The notes under the pieces: generated by a model
The model's database searches: none
What the model saw: only the letters and a program-made list of their open reading frames with translations
What the model was told of the DNA's origin: nothing
NCBI GenBank assembly: GCA_964291295.2
Contig: OZ219754.1
Span: 256,001 to 320,000 of the forward strand
Direction of reading: 5' to 3'
Origin: an uncultured Candidatus Binatia bacterium
Lineage (GTDB): Bacteria; Desulfobacterota; Binatia; UBA9968; JAJDTQ01
DNA: 64,000 nt
Program-made: the position numbers and the translations under genes
Part shown: positions 10,400-21,200 of the stretch, piece by piece
How the letters are laid out: each line of letters starts with the position of its first letter
Numbering within the stretch: the stretch's first letter is position 1

Positions 10400-12238
10400 T
10401 CAGGCGCTGGCGGGAAGAGGGGGCGTGGGCAGGTCGGGGCCGCTGTCTGCCATGTACTCCTTGACGATGACGTCGATCTCCGAGCCGTCCAGCACTTCCT
10501 TGTCCAGCAACTCCCTGGCGACCCGGTGCAGCAGTTCGATGTGCGAGGTCAGGATATCCCTGGCATGGTTGTAGCAGTCCTGGATGATGCGCCGGACCTC
10601 CCGGTCGATCTCCACCGCGGTGCTCTCGGAATAGTCCTGCTGCTGGGTGAAGTCCCGGCCGAGAAAGATCTGCTCTTCCTTCTTGCCGAAGGTCATGGGC
10701 CCGAGCTTCTCGCTCATGCCCCACTCGCAGACCATCCGGTGCGCAATCTCGGTGGCGCGTTCGATATCGTTGCCCGCACCCGTGGTCATGTGGTCGAGGA
10801 TCAACTCCTCCGCGACCCGCCCGCCGAACAGGATGGTCACGCTGTTCAGCAGATGCTGCTTGTCCTGGCTGTGCCGCTCGTCCACGGGAAGCTGCTGGGT
10901 CAGGCCCAGCGCCATCCCGCGCGGGATGATGGTCACCTTGTGGACCGGGTCCGCACCCGGCAGGAGCTTGGCCACCAGCGCATGGCCGGACTCGTGATAG
11001 GCGGTGTTCCGCTTCTCCTCGTCGCTGATGATCATGCTCTTGCGCTCGGTCCCCATCATGACCTTGTCCTTGGCCAGTTCAAAGTCGCTCATGTTGACCT
11101 TTTCCTTGCCGTTGCGCGCCGCCAACAGCGCCGCCTCGTTGACAAGGTTCTCAAGGTCCGCGCCGGCAAAGCCGGGGGTTCCCCGGGCCAGCACCCCGAT
11201 GTCCACGTCGTTCTCCAGCGGCACCCGCCGGCTGCGCACCGCCAGGATGCCTTCGCGCCCCTTGACGTCGGGCCGCGGCACCACCACCCGGCGGTCGAAG
11301 CGGCCCGGCCGCAACAGGGCCGGATCCAGGACGTCGGGCCGGTTGGTGGCGGCGATGAGAATCACGCCGTCGTTGGCCTCGAAGCCGTCCATCTCCACCA
11401 GCAACTGGTTCAAGGTCTGTTCCCGCTCGTCGTGCCCGCCGCCGAGCCCGGCGCCGCGCTGGCGTCCCACCGCATCGATCTCGTCCACGAAGACGATGCA
11501 CGGTGCCTGCTTCTTGGCCTGGACGAACAGGTCGCGCACCCGCGAGGCACCCACCCCCACGAACATCTCCACGAAATCCGAGCCGCTGATGCTGAAGAAC
11601 GGCACCCCCGCCTCACCCGCGATGGCCCGGGCCAGCAGGGTCTTGCCCGTGCCCGGAGGCCCCACCAGCAGGCAGCCCTTGGGGATCCGCCCGCCGAGGC
11701 GGGTGAACTTCTTGGGATCCTTGAGGAACGCGATGACTTCCTGAAGCTCGTCCTTGGCCTCGTCCACCCCGGCGACGTCGCTGAAGGTGACCCGCGCCTG
11801 GTTCTCGTTCAGCAGGCGCGCCCGGCTCTTGCCGAAGGACATGGCCTTGCCGCCCCCCACCTGCATCTGCCGCATGAAAAAGATCCACACGCCCACCAGC
11901 AACAGCATGGGGAACCAGTTCACCAGCAGCACGAAGTACCACGGGGAGTCGTCCTCGGGCTTGGCGGCGATGCGGATGTTCCTCTCCCGCAGCGTCTTCA
12001 CCAGATCCGGGTCGCCGGGCGCGAAGGTGCGAAAGCGCTCACCGCTCTGGTACTTGCCGTGAACGTGCTGTCCCTGAATCGTCACCTCCTGGACATCGCC
12101 TCGCTCCACCGCGGACCAGAAGTCGCTGAAGATGATCTCGGGTTCCCGCCCCTGCTGCCGGGTGAAAACGTTGAAGAGCAGCAGGAACATCAATCCCAGC
12201 ACAAGCCACAGGGCCAGGTTTTTCGTTGCCTGATTCAA
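10400..12238 (-). CDS. ftsH: ATP-dependent zinc metalloprotease FtsH
   Basis: Two TM segments, [16 protein letters not shown], the SRH and the HESGH zinc motif. Confidence 0.98.
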   Translation of the reverse strand: MNQATKNLALWLVLGLMFLLLFNVFTRQQGREPEIIFSDFWSAVERGDVQEVTIQGQHVHGKYQSGERFRTFAPGDPDLVKTLRERNIRIAAKPEDDSPWYFVLLVNWFPMLLLVGVWIFFMRQMQVGGGKAMSFGKSRARLLNENQARVTFSDVAGVDEAKDELQEVIAFLKDPKKFTRLGGRIPKGCLLVGPPGTGKTLLARAIAGEAGVPFFSISGSDFVEMFVGVGASRVRDLFVQAKKQAPCIVFVDEIDAVGRQRGAGLGGGHDEREQTLNQLLVEMDGFEANDGVILIAATNRPDVLDPALLRPGRFDRRVVVPRPDVKGREGILAVRSRRVPLENDVDIGVLARGTPGFAGADLENLVNEAALLAARNGKEKVNMSDFELAKDKVMMGTERKSMIISDEEKRNTAYHESGHALVAKLLPGADPVHKVTIIPRGMALGLTQQLPVDERHSQDKQHLLNSVTILFGGRVAEELILDHMTTGAGNDIERATEIAHRMVCEWGMSEKLGPMTFGKKEEQIFLGRDFTQQQDYSESTAVEIDREVRRIIQDCYNHARDILTSHIELLHRVARELLDKEVLDGSEIDVIVKEYMADSGPDLPTPPLPASA

Positions 12239-12277
12239 AGGGGGGTTCTCCGGACTTCTCTATCGCCGTCCCTTGAA

Positions 12278-12306
12278 AAGTTAACACACGGGGACGGGCA
12301 CTTCAA
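12278..12306 (-). promoter_or_regulatory. candidate sigma70-type promoter for the ftsH operon
   Basis: Minus strand reads TTGAAG-N17-TAACTT with an extended -10 TG, about 40 nt upstream of ftsH. Confidence 0.45.
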
Positions 12307-12375
12307 CAAGAACGACAACCGGCCAGGTCGGCCGAGGGGGCTTTCGGAGTGCGGCCGAACGGCCCTTCGGGGCCG

Positions 12376-13785
12376 CTACGAAACCTTCACCCGCCAGACC
12401 GCCCGGGTATGGGACTCCACCCTGGCGAAATCGCTACGGGCGCAGCCGGGAACCCAGACGATCTCCTCCCCCGCCAGGAGCAGGGGCAGGGTCCGGCGCC
12501 GGGAGCGCGCGACCTTCTTTTCGATGAACAGGTCCTTGAGCTTCTTGTGCCCGGCCATGCCGAGGGGCCGGAGCCGGTCGCCGGGCCGGGCATTGCGCAA
12601 TCGGAGCGGCCCGCCGCGGCGCCGCAGCCGGGAGAGGTCGAAGGCCGCCTCGAAGGGACCGGCCGGAGGCTCCCGGCTGTCGGAGCACCACGACATGACG
12701 CGGACGCCGGCCTCGGGGACCGGCAGGTCCCCCTCCAGCGGGAGCGCGTAGGAGTAGTCGCGGCGGGGAGAAGCGCCGGTGGCACGGACCAGCCGCAGAG
12801 AATCGTACTCGCGCACCGCGGTCCAGGAGCCCGGCAGGGACACCCGGCCATGAGGACGGCTGCCGGCCAGCACCTTGAGGATGGCGTCCACGTGAGCGAA
12901 ACCGACGCGGCGGAGCGTCCCCAGGCCGCGCCGGAGCCAGAATCGCACCATCCGGGAGCGGAGCTCGGGGTCCAGCGCCAGAAACGCCCCGCGGTCTAGC
13001 ACCTCGCCGCGGGCGACATGCGGATAGGCGCCGGCCAGCTGTCGTTCCAGGAACAGATGGTCGGATCGCAGCATGCCGCCAAGCCGGGCCAGGCGTTGTT
13101 CCATGCCGCCGTCCATGCGGCCCCGAAGATCGGGCATCAGAGTCCGGCGGATCCAGTTGCGCAGATGGCGGGTGTCGCGGTTGGTGCGGTCCTCCCGGAA
13201 GGCCAGCCCCCGGCTTTCCAGAAAGGCCAGGATCCGGCTCCGGGAAACCTCCAGAAACGGACGGATCAACAGGGCGTCTCCGGCACCGGCGGCGTTCGGC
13301 GCCAGCGGCCGTGCCGCCGGCATGCCCTGCAACCCCTCGGGGCCACAGCCGCGCAGCAGCCACATCAGCATGGTCTCCACCTGATCGTCACGGTTGTGGC
13401 CCACTGCAACCTTGCCGATTCCCCGACCGGCCGCCACCTCGGCGAAGAACCGGTAGCGCGCTTCCCGGGCCAGGGCCTCGGCGTTCCCGGCGGGGCGCCG
13501 GCCGCCCGGGGGCGCCAGGTCCAGCCGCGCAAGGTGGAACGGCAGCGACAGTCCGGCGGCGACGGCGCGGACGAACTCGGCGTCCTCCCGGCTCTCGCGG
13601 CCGCGGATACCGTGTTCGACGTGGGCCACCGCGAGACTCAGGCGGAGGGACGGGCCGATCTCGTGAAGCACGTGGAGCAGCGCTATGGAATCCGGGCCGC
13701 CGGACACGCCCACCAGTACGGTGTCGCCAGGCGCCAGCAGGTGGTTCGCGGCAACGGTGCAGGTCAACGACGGGTCGGGGCTCAT
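12376..13785 (-). CDS. tilS: tRNA(Ile)-lysidine synthetase
   Basis: VSGGPDS, EALAREARY, GHNRDDQVET, LIRPFL and the C-terminal TilS_C domain. Confidence 0.95.
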   Translation of the reverse strand: MSPDPSLTCTVAANHLLAPGDTVLVGVSGGPDSIALLHVLHEIGPSLRLSLAVAHVEHGIRGRESREDAEFVRAVAAGLSLPFHLARLDLAPPGGRRPAGNAEALAREARYRFFAEVAAGRGIGKVAVGHNRDDQVETMLMWLLRGCGPEGLQGMPAARPLAPNAAGAGDALLIRPFLEVSRSRILAFLESRGLAFREDRTNRDTRHLRNWIRRTLMPDLRGRMDGGMEQRLARLGGMLRSDHLFLERQLAGAYPHVARGEVLDRGAFLALDPELRSRMVRFWLRRGLGTLRRVGFAHVDAILKVLAGSRPHGRVSLPGSWTAVREYDSLRLVRATGASPRRDYSYALPLEGDLPVPEAGVRVMSWCSDSREPPAGPFEAAFDLSRLRRRGGPLRLRNARPGDRLRPLGMAGHKKLKDLFIEKKVARSRRRTLPLLLAGEEIVWVPGCARSDFARVESHTRAVWRVKVS

Positions 13786-13919
13786 GGCGGCAGGAAGGTT
13801 TGTCGCCCCGCTGCGGGGGTGTTATAGCCTACGGTCGAAATCGACGGTATCCACACCCGCAAGGATACACGCGGAACCGCCGGCAGACAAAGCCGGACGC
13901 CGCCGGCAGGAGCAACCGC

Positions 13920-15092
13920 ATGGCTTCACCCTTGAATCCGCCCGAGAGAATCCTCCTGGGACCCGGCCCCAGCAACCCCCACCCGCGGGTTCTGGAGGCG
14001 CTGTCGGCCCCCGTGGTCGGCCATCTGGATCCGGAATTCTTCAAGATCATGGAAGAGAACAAGGCCATGCTGCGCTGGCTGTTCCACACCGACAACGATC
14101 TGACCCTGCCGGTGTCGGGCACCGGCAGCGCGGGCATGGAGACCTGCCTCGTGAACCTCGTCGAGGAGGGGGACACGGTGCTGGTATGCGTGAACGGCGT
14201 CTTCGGCACCCGCATGGCGGATATCGTCGAGCGCCTGGGCGGCAACGTCGTCAAGGTCGATGCGCCCTGGGGCGAGATCATCCGCCCGGAACAGGTGGAG
14301 CAGGCGCTCAGACAACACAAGGTGGACATCGTCACGCTGGTGCATGCCGAGACCTCCACCGGCGTGTGGCAGCCGGTGGAGGAGATCTCCGGACTCGCCC
14401 ACGACGCCGGCGCCCTGCTGGTGCTGGATACCGTGACCTCCCTGGGGGGCTGTCCGGTGACCCTCGACGCCTGGAACGTCGACGCCGCCTACAGCGGCAC
14501 CCAGAAGTGTCTGAGCTGCCCTCCGGGGCTGTCGCCGGTCTCCTTCAGCCAAGCCGCCCGGGACAAGCTGGAAAGGCGCCGGAGCAAGGTCCGGAGCTGG
14601 TACCTGGACCTGACCCTGATCGGACGCTACTGGGGCACGGACCGCACCTATCACCACACCGCGCCCATCTCCATGAACTACGGCCTTCACGCGGCCCTGA
14701 GCGAGATCGAGCGGGAAGGGCTGGAAGCCCGTTTCAGACGCCACGAACTGAACCACCGGGCGCTGGCTGCCGGGCTGGAGGAGTTGGGCATCCCCCTCGC
14801 CTCGCAGCCGGGCCACCGCCTGTGGATGCTCAACGGCGTCAGGATCCCCGAGGGCGTGGACGACGGCGCCGTCCGGAAACGGCTCCTGCTGGACTTCAAC
14901 ATCGAGATCGGCGGCGGGCTGGGCGCCCTCGCCGGCAAGACCTGGCGCATCGGGCTCATGGGAGAATCGAGCCGGAGGGAGAACGTGGTGGCGCTCATCG
15001 AGGCGCTGGGCCGTATCCTGGAGGAAGACGGCGCCGGCGTTTCGGTGACGGACGCGGCCGGCGCCATCGAGCGTGTCTACGCCGGAAGTTGA
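13920..15092 (+). CDS. alanine-glyoxylate / serine-pyruvate aminotransferase (class V PLP enzyme)
   Basis: LLGPGPS, VHAETSTG, SGTQKCL, YHHTAP and WRIGLMG. Confidence 0.9.
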   Translation: MASPLNPPERILLGPGPSNPHPRVLEALSAPVVGHLDPEFFKIMEENKAMLRWLFHTDNDLTLPVSGTGSAGMETCLVNLVEEGDTVLVCVNGVFGTRMADIVERLGGNVVKVDAPWGEIIRPEQVEQALRQHKVDIVTLVHAETSTGVWQPVEEISGLAHDAGALLVLDTVTSLGGCPVTLDAWNVDAAYSGTQKCLSCPPGLSPVSFSQAARDKLERRRSKVRSWYLDLTLIGRYWGTDRTYHHTAPISMNYGLHAALSEIEREGLEARFRRHELNHRALAAGLEELGIPLASQPGHRLWMLNGVRIPEGVDDGAVRKRLLLDFNIEIGGGLGALAGKTWRIGLMGESSRRENVVALIEALGRILEEDGAGVSVTDAAGAIERVYAGS

Positions 15093-15129
15093 GGGAACCG
15101 GCGTCCGGCGCGGCGGGATGGAGGATGTG

Positions 15130-16467
15130 ATGGACGGCACCCGCCATCGAGAACGGTTCCGCGACTTGGTGGACGACCGGGTCGCCGAGGGCGTCTTCCG
15201 GGTTGACCGGGCGATCTATACGGACAAGGCGGTCTTCGAGGCCGAGATGGCATGCCTCTTCGAGGGCGGATGGGTCTTCCTCTGCCACGAGAGCCAGGTG
15301 GAAAAGCCGGGAGACTACTTCGCCACCGAGATCGGCCGCCAGCCGGTCTTCCTCATGCGCCGGAAGGATGGATCGCTGGGGTGCTTCATCAACGCCTGTT
15401 CCCATCGGGGCGCGCTGCTGACGCCCCTCCGGCAAGGCCATGCGCGCGCGCTCATCTGCCGTTTCCACGGCTGGGCGTACGATCTCGACGGACGCTGCAT
15501 CGGCATCAAGAACGAGGCGGCGGGCTTTCCCGGTCCGGAGTTCTCGCGCGAACGCTTCAACCTCTGCCGGATCGGTGCGCTGGATTCCTACAAGGGATTC
15601 GTGTTCGGCAGCCTGAAGAGCGACGTCCCGGCGCTCGAAAACCATCTCGGCGCGGCGGCGCGCTGGATCGACCTGCTGGCCGATCAGGCGCGGAACGGGC
15701 TGGAAGTCGTCCCCGGCTCCTCGACCTATGTGATGCGCGGCAACTGGAAGCTGCAGGCCGAGAACAGCGTTGACGGGTACCACGTCACCACCCTCCATCG
15801 CGTGTTCGCCTCGACCATCGGCAACCGCGAGAACCGGGAGACCACGGCCGGCCTGCGCCGGACCGAATCCGGGCGCATGAGAGGCGATGTGCCGTCCGGC
15901 GCCTACGACCTTGGCAACGGCCATATGGCGTTGTGGGCGCTGCACACCACGCCGCAGGTCCGACCCATCCACGAGGCGCGGGGCTGGCTGGAAGAGAACC
16001 TCGACGCGGTGGAGGTGGACTGGATCCTCAACCGCGGCCGCAACCTCTACCTGTTCCCCAACGTGATGCTGATGGACAATCCATCGACGCAGATCCGGTT
16101 GGTGAAGCCGGTCTCGCCGGATCGCACCGAGGTGTCGGTCTACTGCATCGCCCCGAGGGGCGAGAGCCGCGCCGCCCGGGCCGCCCGCCTTCGAAAGTTC
16201 GAGGACTTCTACCTCACCGCCGGCATGGCGACATCGGACGACGTGGCCGCCCTCGAAGCCGTCCATGACGGCGCCTTCGGACGGCTGGGCCGGTGGAACG
16301 ACATGACCCGCGGCCTGTCCGCCCTGGTCGCCGGCCCCGACCCGGACGCCCGCAACCTCGGCTTCGAGCCGGCCGGGTCCTGCCCCGACTGGGAACATGA
16401 GGGCGTGTTTCACGGTTTCTACCGCACCTGGCTGGAGCGCATGGAGAAGGGAGCCGCCGCCGGATGA
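15130..16467 (+). CDS. aromatic ring-hydroxylating Rieske oxygenase, alpha subunit (BenA/AntA-like)
   Basis: Rieske motif NACSHRG...CRFHGW, mononuclear iron motif GNWKLQAENSVDGYH...H and a C-terminal DD. GGAGG RBS. Confidence 0.9.
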   Translation: MDGTRHRERFRDLVDDRVAEGVFRVDRAIYTDKAVFEAEMACLFEGGWVFLCHESQVEKPGDYFATEIGRQPVFLMRRKDGSLGCFINACSHRGALLTPLRQGHARALICRFHGWAYDLDGRCIGIKNEAAGFPGPEFSRERFNLCRIGALDSYKGFVFGSLKSDVPALENHLGAAARWIDLLADQARNGLEVVPGSSTYVMRGNWKLQAENSVDGYHVTTLHRVFASTIGNRENRETTAGLRRTESGRMRGDVPSGAYDLGNGHMALWALHTTPQVRPIHEARGWLEENLDAVEVDWILNRGRNLYLFPNVMLMDNPSTQIRLVKPVSPDRTEVSVYCIAPRGESRAARAARLRKFEDFYLTAGMATSDDVAALEAVHDGAFGRLGRWNDMTRGLSALVAGPDPDARNLGFEPAGSCPDWEHEGVFHGFYRTWLERMEKGAAAG

Positions 16468-16970
16468 GCGCTGACGGCATCGACGCCGCACTGGAGCGCG
16501 AGGTTGCGGCGCTGATCAACCGCGAGGCGATGCTGCTCGACCGCCGCCGCTGGCGTGACTGGATCGAACTCTATGCCGAAGACGCCGTGTACTGGGTGCC
16601 GGCCTGGGCAAGCGAGGAAGAGACCACCACCGATCCCGACACCCAGCTCAACCTGATCTATCTCAAGGACCGCGGCGGGCTCGAAGACCGGGTCTTCCGG
16701 ATCGAGTCGCGCGACTCCCATGCCTCGGTTCCCCTCGACCGCACGGTGCACCTGATCGGCAACGTGCGGGTCGAGAGCGCCGGCGCCAACGGCATCGAGG
16801 CCACCGCCAACTGCCTCGTGCACGTCTACGGGAAGAAGGGGGCGGCGACCCGCGGCAGCCTCTACGACTTCGCCTTCAGGCGGATCGACGGCATGCTGAA
16901 GATCGTGCGAAAGAAGATCACCTTCATCGACGACCGGCTCGAAGGGCCCATCGACATCTACCACCTGTAG
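16464..16970 (+). CDS. ring-hydroxylating oxygenase, beta subunit
   Basis: REAMLLD...W..W..LY..DA.YWVP and LEDRVFRI. ATGA overlap with the alpha subunit. Confidence 0.9.
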   Translation: MSADGIDAALEREVAALINREAMLLDRRRWRDWIELYAEDAVYWVPAWASEEETTTDPDTQLNLIYLKDRGGLEDRVFRIESRDSHASVPLDRTVHLIGNVRVESAGANGIEATANCLVHVYGKKGAATRGSLYDFAFRRIDGMLKIVRKKITFIDDRLEGPIDIYHL

Positions 16971-16976
16971 CCTGCC

Positions 16977-18017
16977 TTGCTGAGCCTCCAGAAGATCGCC
17001 CCCGAGGTGGGCGGCATCGCGCTTCGCGAGATGGAGCCGCGCGCACCCGGGCCCGGCGAGATATCGATCCGGGTGGGCGCGGCGGGCATCTGCGGCACCG
17101 ACATGCAGATCCACGACTGGGCACCGCGCATGGCGCGCCGCATGGTCCTGCCGCGCATCCTCGGCCATGAGGTCTCGGGCACCATCGAGGCCATCGGCCC
17201 GGGGGTCCAGGGGCTCGCGGCCGGCGACCGGATCAGTCTCGAGAGCCACCTGTTCTGCGGCCGCTGCCGCTCCTGCCGGCGCGGGCGCGCCCATCTCTGC
17301 GAGCAGACCCGCTACCCGGGCATCGACATCGACGGTGCGTTTGCCGAGTATCTGACGGTGCCCGCATCCATCGCCTGGGTGAACCCGGCCGGTCTCGAGC
17401 ACGAGACCGCGGCGATGCTCGAACCCTTCGGTATCGCCGTCCACGCTTGTCTGGCGGGTGCCGGCGTTGCCGGGCTGTCGGTGCTGGTGAACGGTTGTGG
17501 CCCCATCGGACTGATGGCGGTGGCGGCGGCGCGGGCGCTCGGCGCCCTCACGGTGGTTGCCGGCGACATCAACCCGGTGCGCCTCCGGGCGGCCGAGGCC
17601 CTGGGCGCGGACCGCGCGGTGGATGCCGGCAAGCAGGAGCTGGCGCGGGTGGCCGGCGACATGACCGGCGGCGCGGGGGTCGATGTGGGGGTGGAACTGT
17701 CCGGTACCGAGGCCGGCTTCAACGCCGTCTTCAACGCCCTCGCCAAGGGCGGCGACTTCCGGCTGGTGGGCGGTCCGCCGGCGGCGATCCCCGTCGACTT
17801 CACCTGGTGGCTGCTGAAATGCCCGGTGATGCGCCCCATTCACGGGCGCCGGATCTGGCAGACCTGGCAGCGCGCCGCCGAGCTTCTCGCCGCCGGCGCC
17901 GTCGATCTCGCCCCGATTCGCAGCCACGTCCTGCCGCTTTCCGAAGCACCGCGCGGATTCGCGCTGGTCCGGGACGGCGAGGCCCTCAAGGTCGTGCTCG
18001 TGCCCGACCGCGGCTGA
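16977..18017 (+). CDS. zinc-dependent MDR dehydrogenase (threonine dehydrogenase-like)
   Basis: GICGTD, GHE, structural Zn motif CGRCRSC..C and GCGPIG. Confidence 0.85.
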   Translation: MLSLQKIAPEVGGIALREMEPRAPGPGEISIRVGAAGICGTDMQIHDWAPRMARRMVLPRILGHEVSGTIEAIGPGVQGLAAGDRISLESHLFCGRCRSCRRGRAHLCEQTRYPGIDIDGAFAEYLTVPASIAWVNPAGLEHETAAMLEPFGIAVHACLAGAGVAGLSVLVNGCGPIGLMAVAAARALGALTVVAGDINPVRLRAAEALGADRAVDAGKQELARVAGDMTGGAGVDVGVELSGTEAGFNAVFNALAKGGDFRLVGGPPAAIPVDFTWWLLKCPVMRPIHGRRIWQTWQRAAELLAAGAVDLAPIRSHVLPLSEAPRGFALVRDGEALKVVLVPDRG

Positions 18018-18029
18018 GTGGTCCGCGGA

Positions 18030-18123
18030 ACGACTTCCGGCCGCGCGCGGGCGGGCAGCTGGTTCAAACCAGGCTCGAACCTGTCAAAAGACGACTTTCA
18101 GCCGCGTACGGGCGGGCAGCTGG
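18030..18123. repeat. pair of 33-bp imperfect direct repeats separated by 28 bp
   Basis: ACGACTTCCGGCCGCGCGCGGGCGGGCAGCTGG (18030-18062) versus ACGACTTTCAGCCGCGTACGGGCGGGCAGCTGG (18091-18123), 29/33 identical. Confidence 0.75.
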
Positions 18124-18226
18124 CACCGGCAAGTCAAGGACGTTGTCCGTGACCCGAACGGCGAGGACTTCCGGCTCCTGTCCGGCACCGGCCGCGGCGA
18201 TGCCGGATCCCCACACGTCAACCGCC

Positions 18227-21200
18227 TCAACCGGCAACCACTTTCCCGGCCTGATAGAGCCCTTCGGGCATCGGGCGTTCCAGCTCCCAGAGTATCTTCA
18301 TGGGCCGTTCCGCCTCATGACTCCGGTAACGGGCATGGCCGAGGCAGCGGTAGGGAAGCGTCTCACCCCGGATATCCTTCTTGCGTTCGCGCACGAACAG
18401 GATGACGTTCGTACCCCGGGAGCGCTGTTCGACGTAGCGGCGCCCCGCGGGCGTATCGGGTGACGCGGTGTTCTGCGATTCCCAGTGAAACAGGGTCGGC
18501 GAGATCGGGTAGTCCGCGTAGCGTGCCGCGGGCGCGTAGTCCCGGTCGGACTTCTCCAGCGTGACGAACAGGAGATCCGTCCGCGTCGCCGGATTCCACA
18601 GAACTCCGCCTTGCGGGAAAACCAGGGCGTCGCGCCCGCCGGTACGCCCGTGCGCCGCCACGATCTCGCCGAGCGTATAGGTGGCGTGGCTTGCCAGGGG
18701 AACTTCGCTCGCGGCGTCGAGGGGCCGCGCCACCGTGCGAATTTCATCGGCGAGAATCTTCAGCAGGTCGCCAATCTCGCGGCGCAACGCCGCCGACCTG
18801 AAAATCCTTTCCAGAACCTGGTCGGCTTCGCCGACCGACTGGTGACGGCCACCCAGAACAGCGAACCACATGAGGGCCAGACGACGCTTGCGGCCATGGA
18901 GTTTCGAGATGCGCTCGGAAGGATACCTTTCCAGGAGGTGGCGCCACGCCTCGATCCGCTCATGATCATCGACATGGATCAGCCGGCCGATGGTCTTGAG
19001 GACCGGGGCATCCACGGGACCCTCATCGAAGCCCGCCCGCCGGCGGAGCTCGGTAAAGCAGTGTCCGGATGCGGGCCGCGCGTAGATGTCGTCGAGTTCG
19101 ACGCCGGCGTCCCGCATGAAACCGGCAAGTCGTGCTTCAGGGCCGAGGGCGCGCAGGTCATCGGCGAGACGTGCGCGGGCATTGCGCACCGTCTCTCTCA
19201 GGTTGCGCAACACCGTCTCTTTCGCCATGCGGTCCAGCTTGAGCGCGCATCCCGGCGGGAGCGACGGGAAGTTCGCCTCGACGGCGCGCCGGACCTGATG
19301 GCGGGTGCCCCCCAGCAGCGCCCGATAGCGCACGTCGTAGCGGTACTCGCGGCGCACCTGGCCCACGAAGTCCAGAACGGTGAGGAGCCGCTTCCCCTCG
19401 GCCCACCGCAGCCCTCGTCCCAACTGTTGTAGAAACACCGTGGCGCTCTCGGTCGGTCGAAGCATGAGCAAGGTGTCGATCTCGGGCAGATCGACCCCTT
19501 CGTTGAAGAGATCGACGGCGAAGACCGCACGCAGCTCTCCCCGCCGCAGTCTCGCCAGCGCCGCACGCCGTTCAGCGAGCGGAAAGCCGCCGTCCAGGGC
19601 CGCCGCCGGCCAGCCGAAACGTGTGAACTGGTTCGCCATGAAGTGGGCATGGTCGACGCCCGCACAAAATCCCAGGGCTCGCATCCGGTGCGGGTCCGTC
19701 ACCAGCTCCTCGACGGCCTGGCGGATTCGAATGGCTCGAAGATGGTCGCCGGTGAACACACGGTCGAGTTCGCCCGGCACATGGCGTCCGCGCTCGAAAC
19801 GCACCGCCGAGAGGTCCGTCGCGTCGTTCACCCCGAAGTAGTGAAACGGGCAGAGCAACCCCTGGTCGAGCGCATCCCAAAGCCGGGACTCCGAGGCGAT
19901 GCGGTTATCGAACCACTGCAGTACCGACTGGCCATCGGCGCGCTCGGGCGTGGCGGTGAGCCCGAGCAGTATCTTCGGTTTCAGGCGCCGCAGCAGGCGC
20001 TCGTAACTGGCAGCCGCCGCATGATGAAACTCGTCCACGATGACCACATCGAAACCGTGCGGATCGATATCATCGACGCGGGGGGCAAGGGACTGCACCG
20101 AGGCAAAAACGTGGCGCCCCGCGTGCGGACGTTCTCCGCCCACCAACCGTTCGCCGAACCCCGGCTCCCGCAGGACGAGCTGGAAGACCTGCTGGCTTTG
20201 ACGGAGAATCTCGTCGCGGTGCGCGACGAAGAGCAGCGATGGACCTATGCCCTGATGGCGCAGCCTGCTGTAATCGAATGCCGCAATCCAGGTCTTGCCG
20301 GTGCCGGTGGCCGCCACCACGAGGTTGCGGTGGTGCCCGCGCAGGCGTTCCGCTTCCAGCGCCTCAAGGGCGGCGGCCTGATGCGGTTTCGGCCTGACGT
20401 CCACCTGCAGCGGCAGCGCGGTGATGGCGTCCGGTGCGCCGTTGCCGCACTGCCTCGACAGCGCGTGGTCGAGCCGCTGGGCATCGCGTCCCGGTGCATA
20501 GTCCTCGAACTCGGGTTCCTGCCAATACTGCTCGAAGGTGGCCTCGAATCGCTCGATCACCTCCGGATTTTCGACCGCGCTCACCCGCACGTTCCATTCG
20601 AGGCCGTCCACCTGTGCCGTATGCGTGAGATTCGACGAGCCGATATAGGCGGTATGCAGACCGCTGCGGCGGTGGAACAGCCACGCCTTGGCATGCAGCC
20701 GGGTCCGGGCCACCTCGTAGGAAACCTTCACTTGCGCACCGAGACCGACGAGCGCATCCAGTGCGCGGCGTTCCGTCGACCCGGTATAGACGCTTGCGAT
20801 GACCCGGACCTGCGCGCCTTCGCGCACACGCTCTTCAAGCTCGGAGCGGAACAGACGCAACCCGGAGTGACGCACGAACGCGCACAGAAGATCGATCCGG
20901 TCGGCGCTGGGGATTTCCCCGGCAATCTCGCTCGCCACCTGCGCATCTCGCCGTCCATTGACGAGAAGACCGGTCCGACGAAGAGACAGCGTCGGGCGGC
21001 GGACGGGTACGGGCGCGCCTCCCGGCACGCGGCGTTCGACCGCCTCCAGAAGCAGGCTCGCAACTTCCTCAACCCGATCACCCGGCATCGCGCCATGGTC
21101 CAGGAGCACCTCCACCAGCCGGTTCGCAAGGGCGACCTGGCTGGCGGACTGGATGGCGTCTTCACCGGGAATCCCTTCGAGCGCGCGCCGAAGGAGTTGA

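Noticed and set aside
187-13827. Long plus-strand ORFs (for example 187-1449, 2282-4006, 8055-9830, 10526-12751)
   Set aside because: They are antisense shadows of clear minus-strand housekeeping genes, expected in high-GC DNA, and show no family motifs.
18030-18123. CRISPR array
   Set aside because: Only two imperfect repeats, no leader and no cas genes in the window; kept only as a direct repeat.
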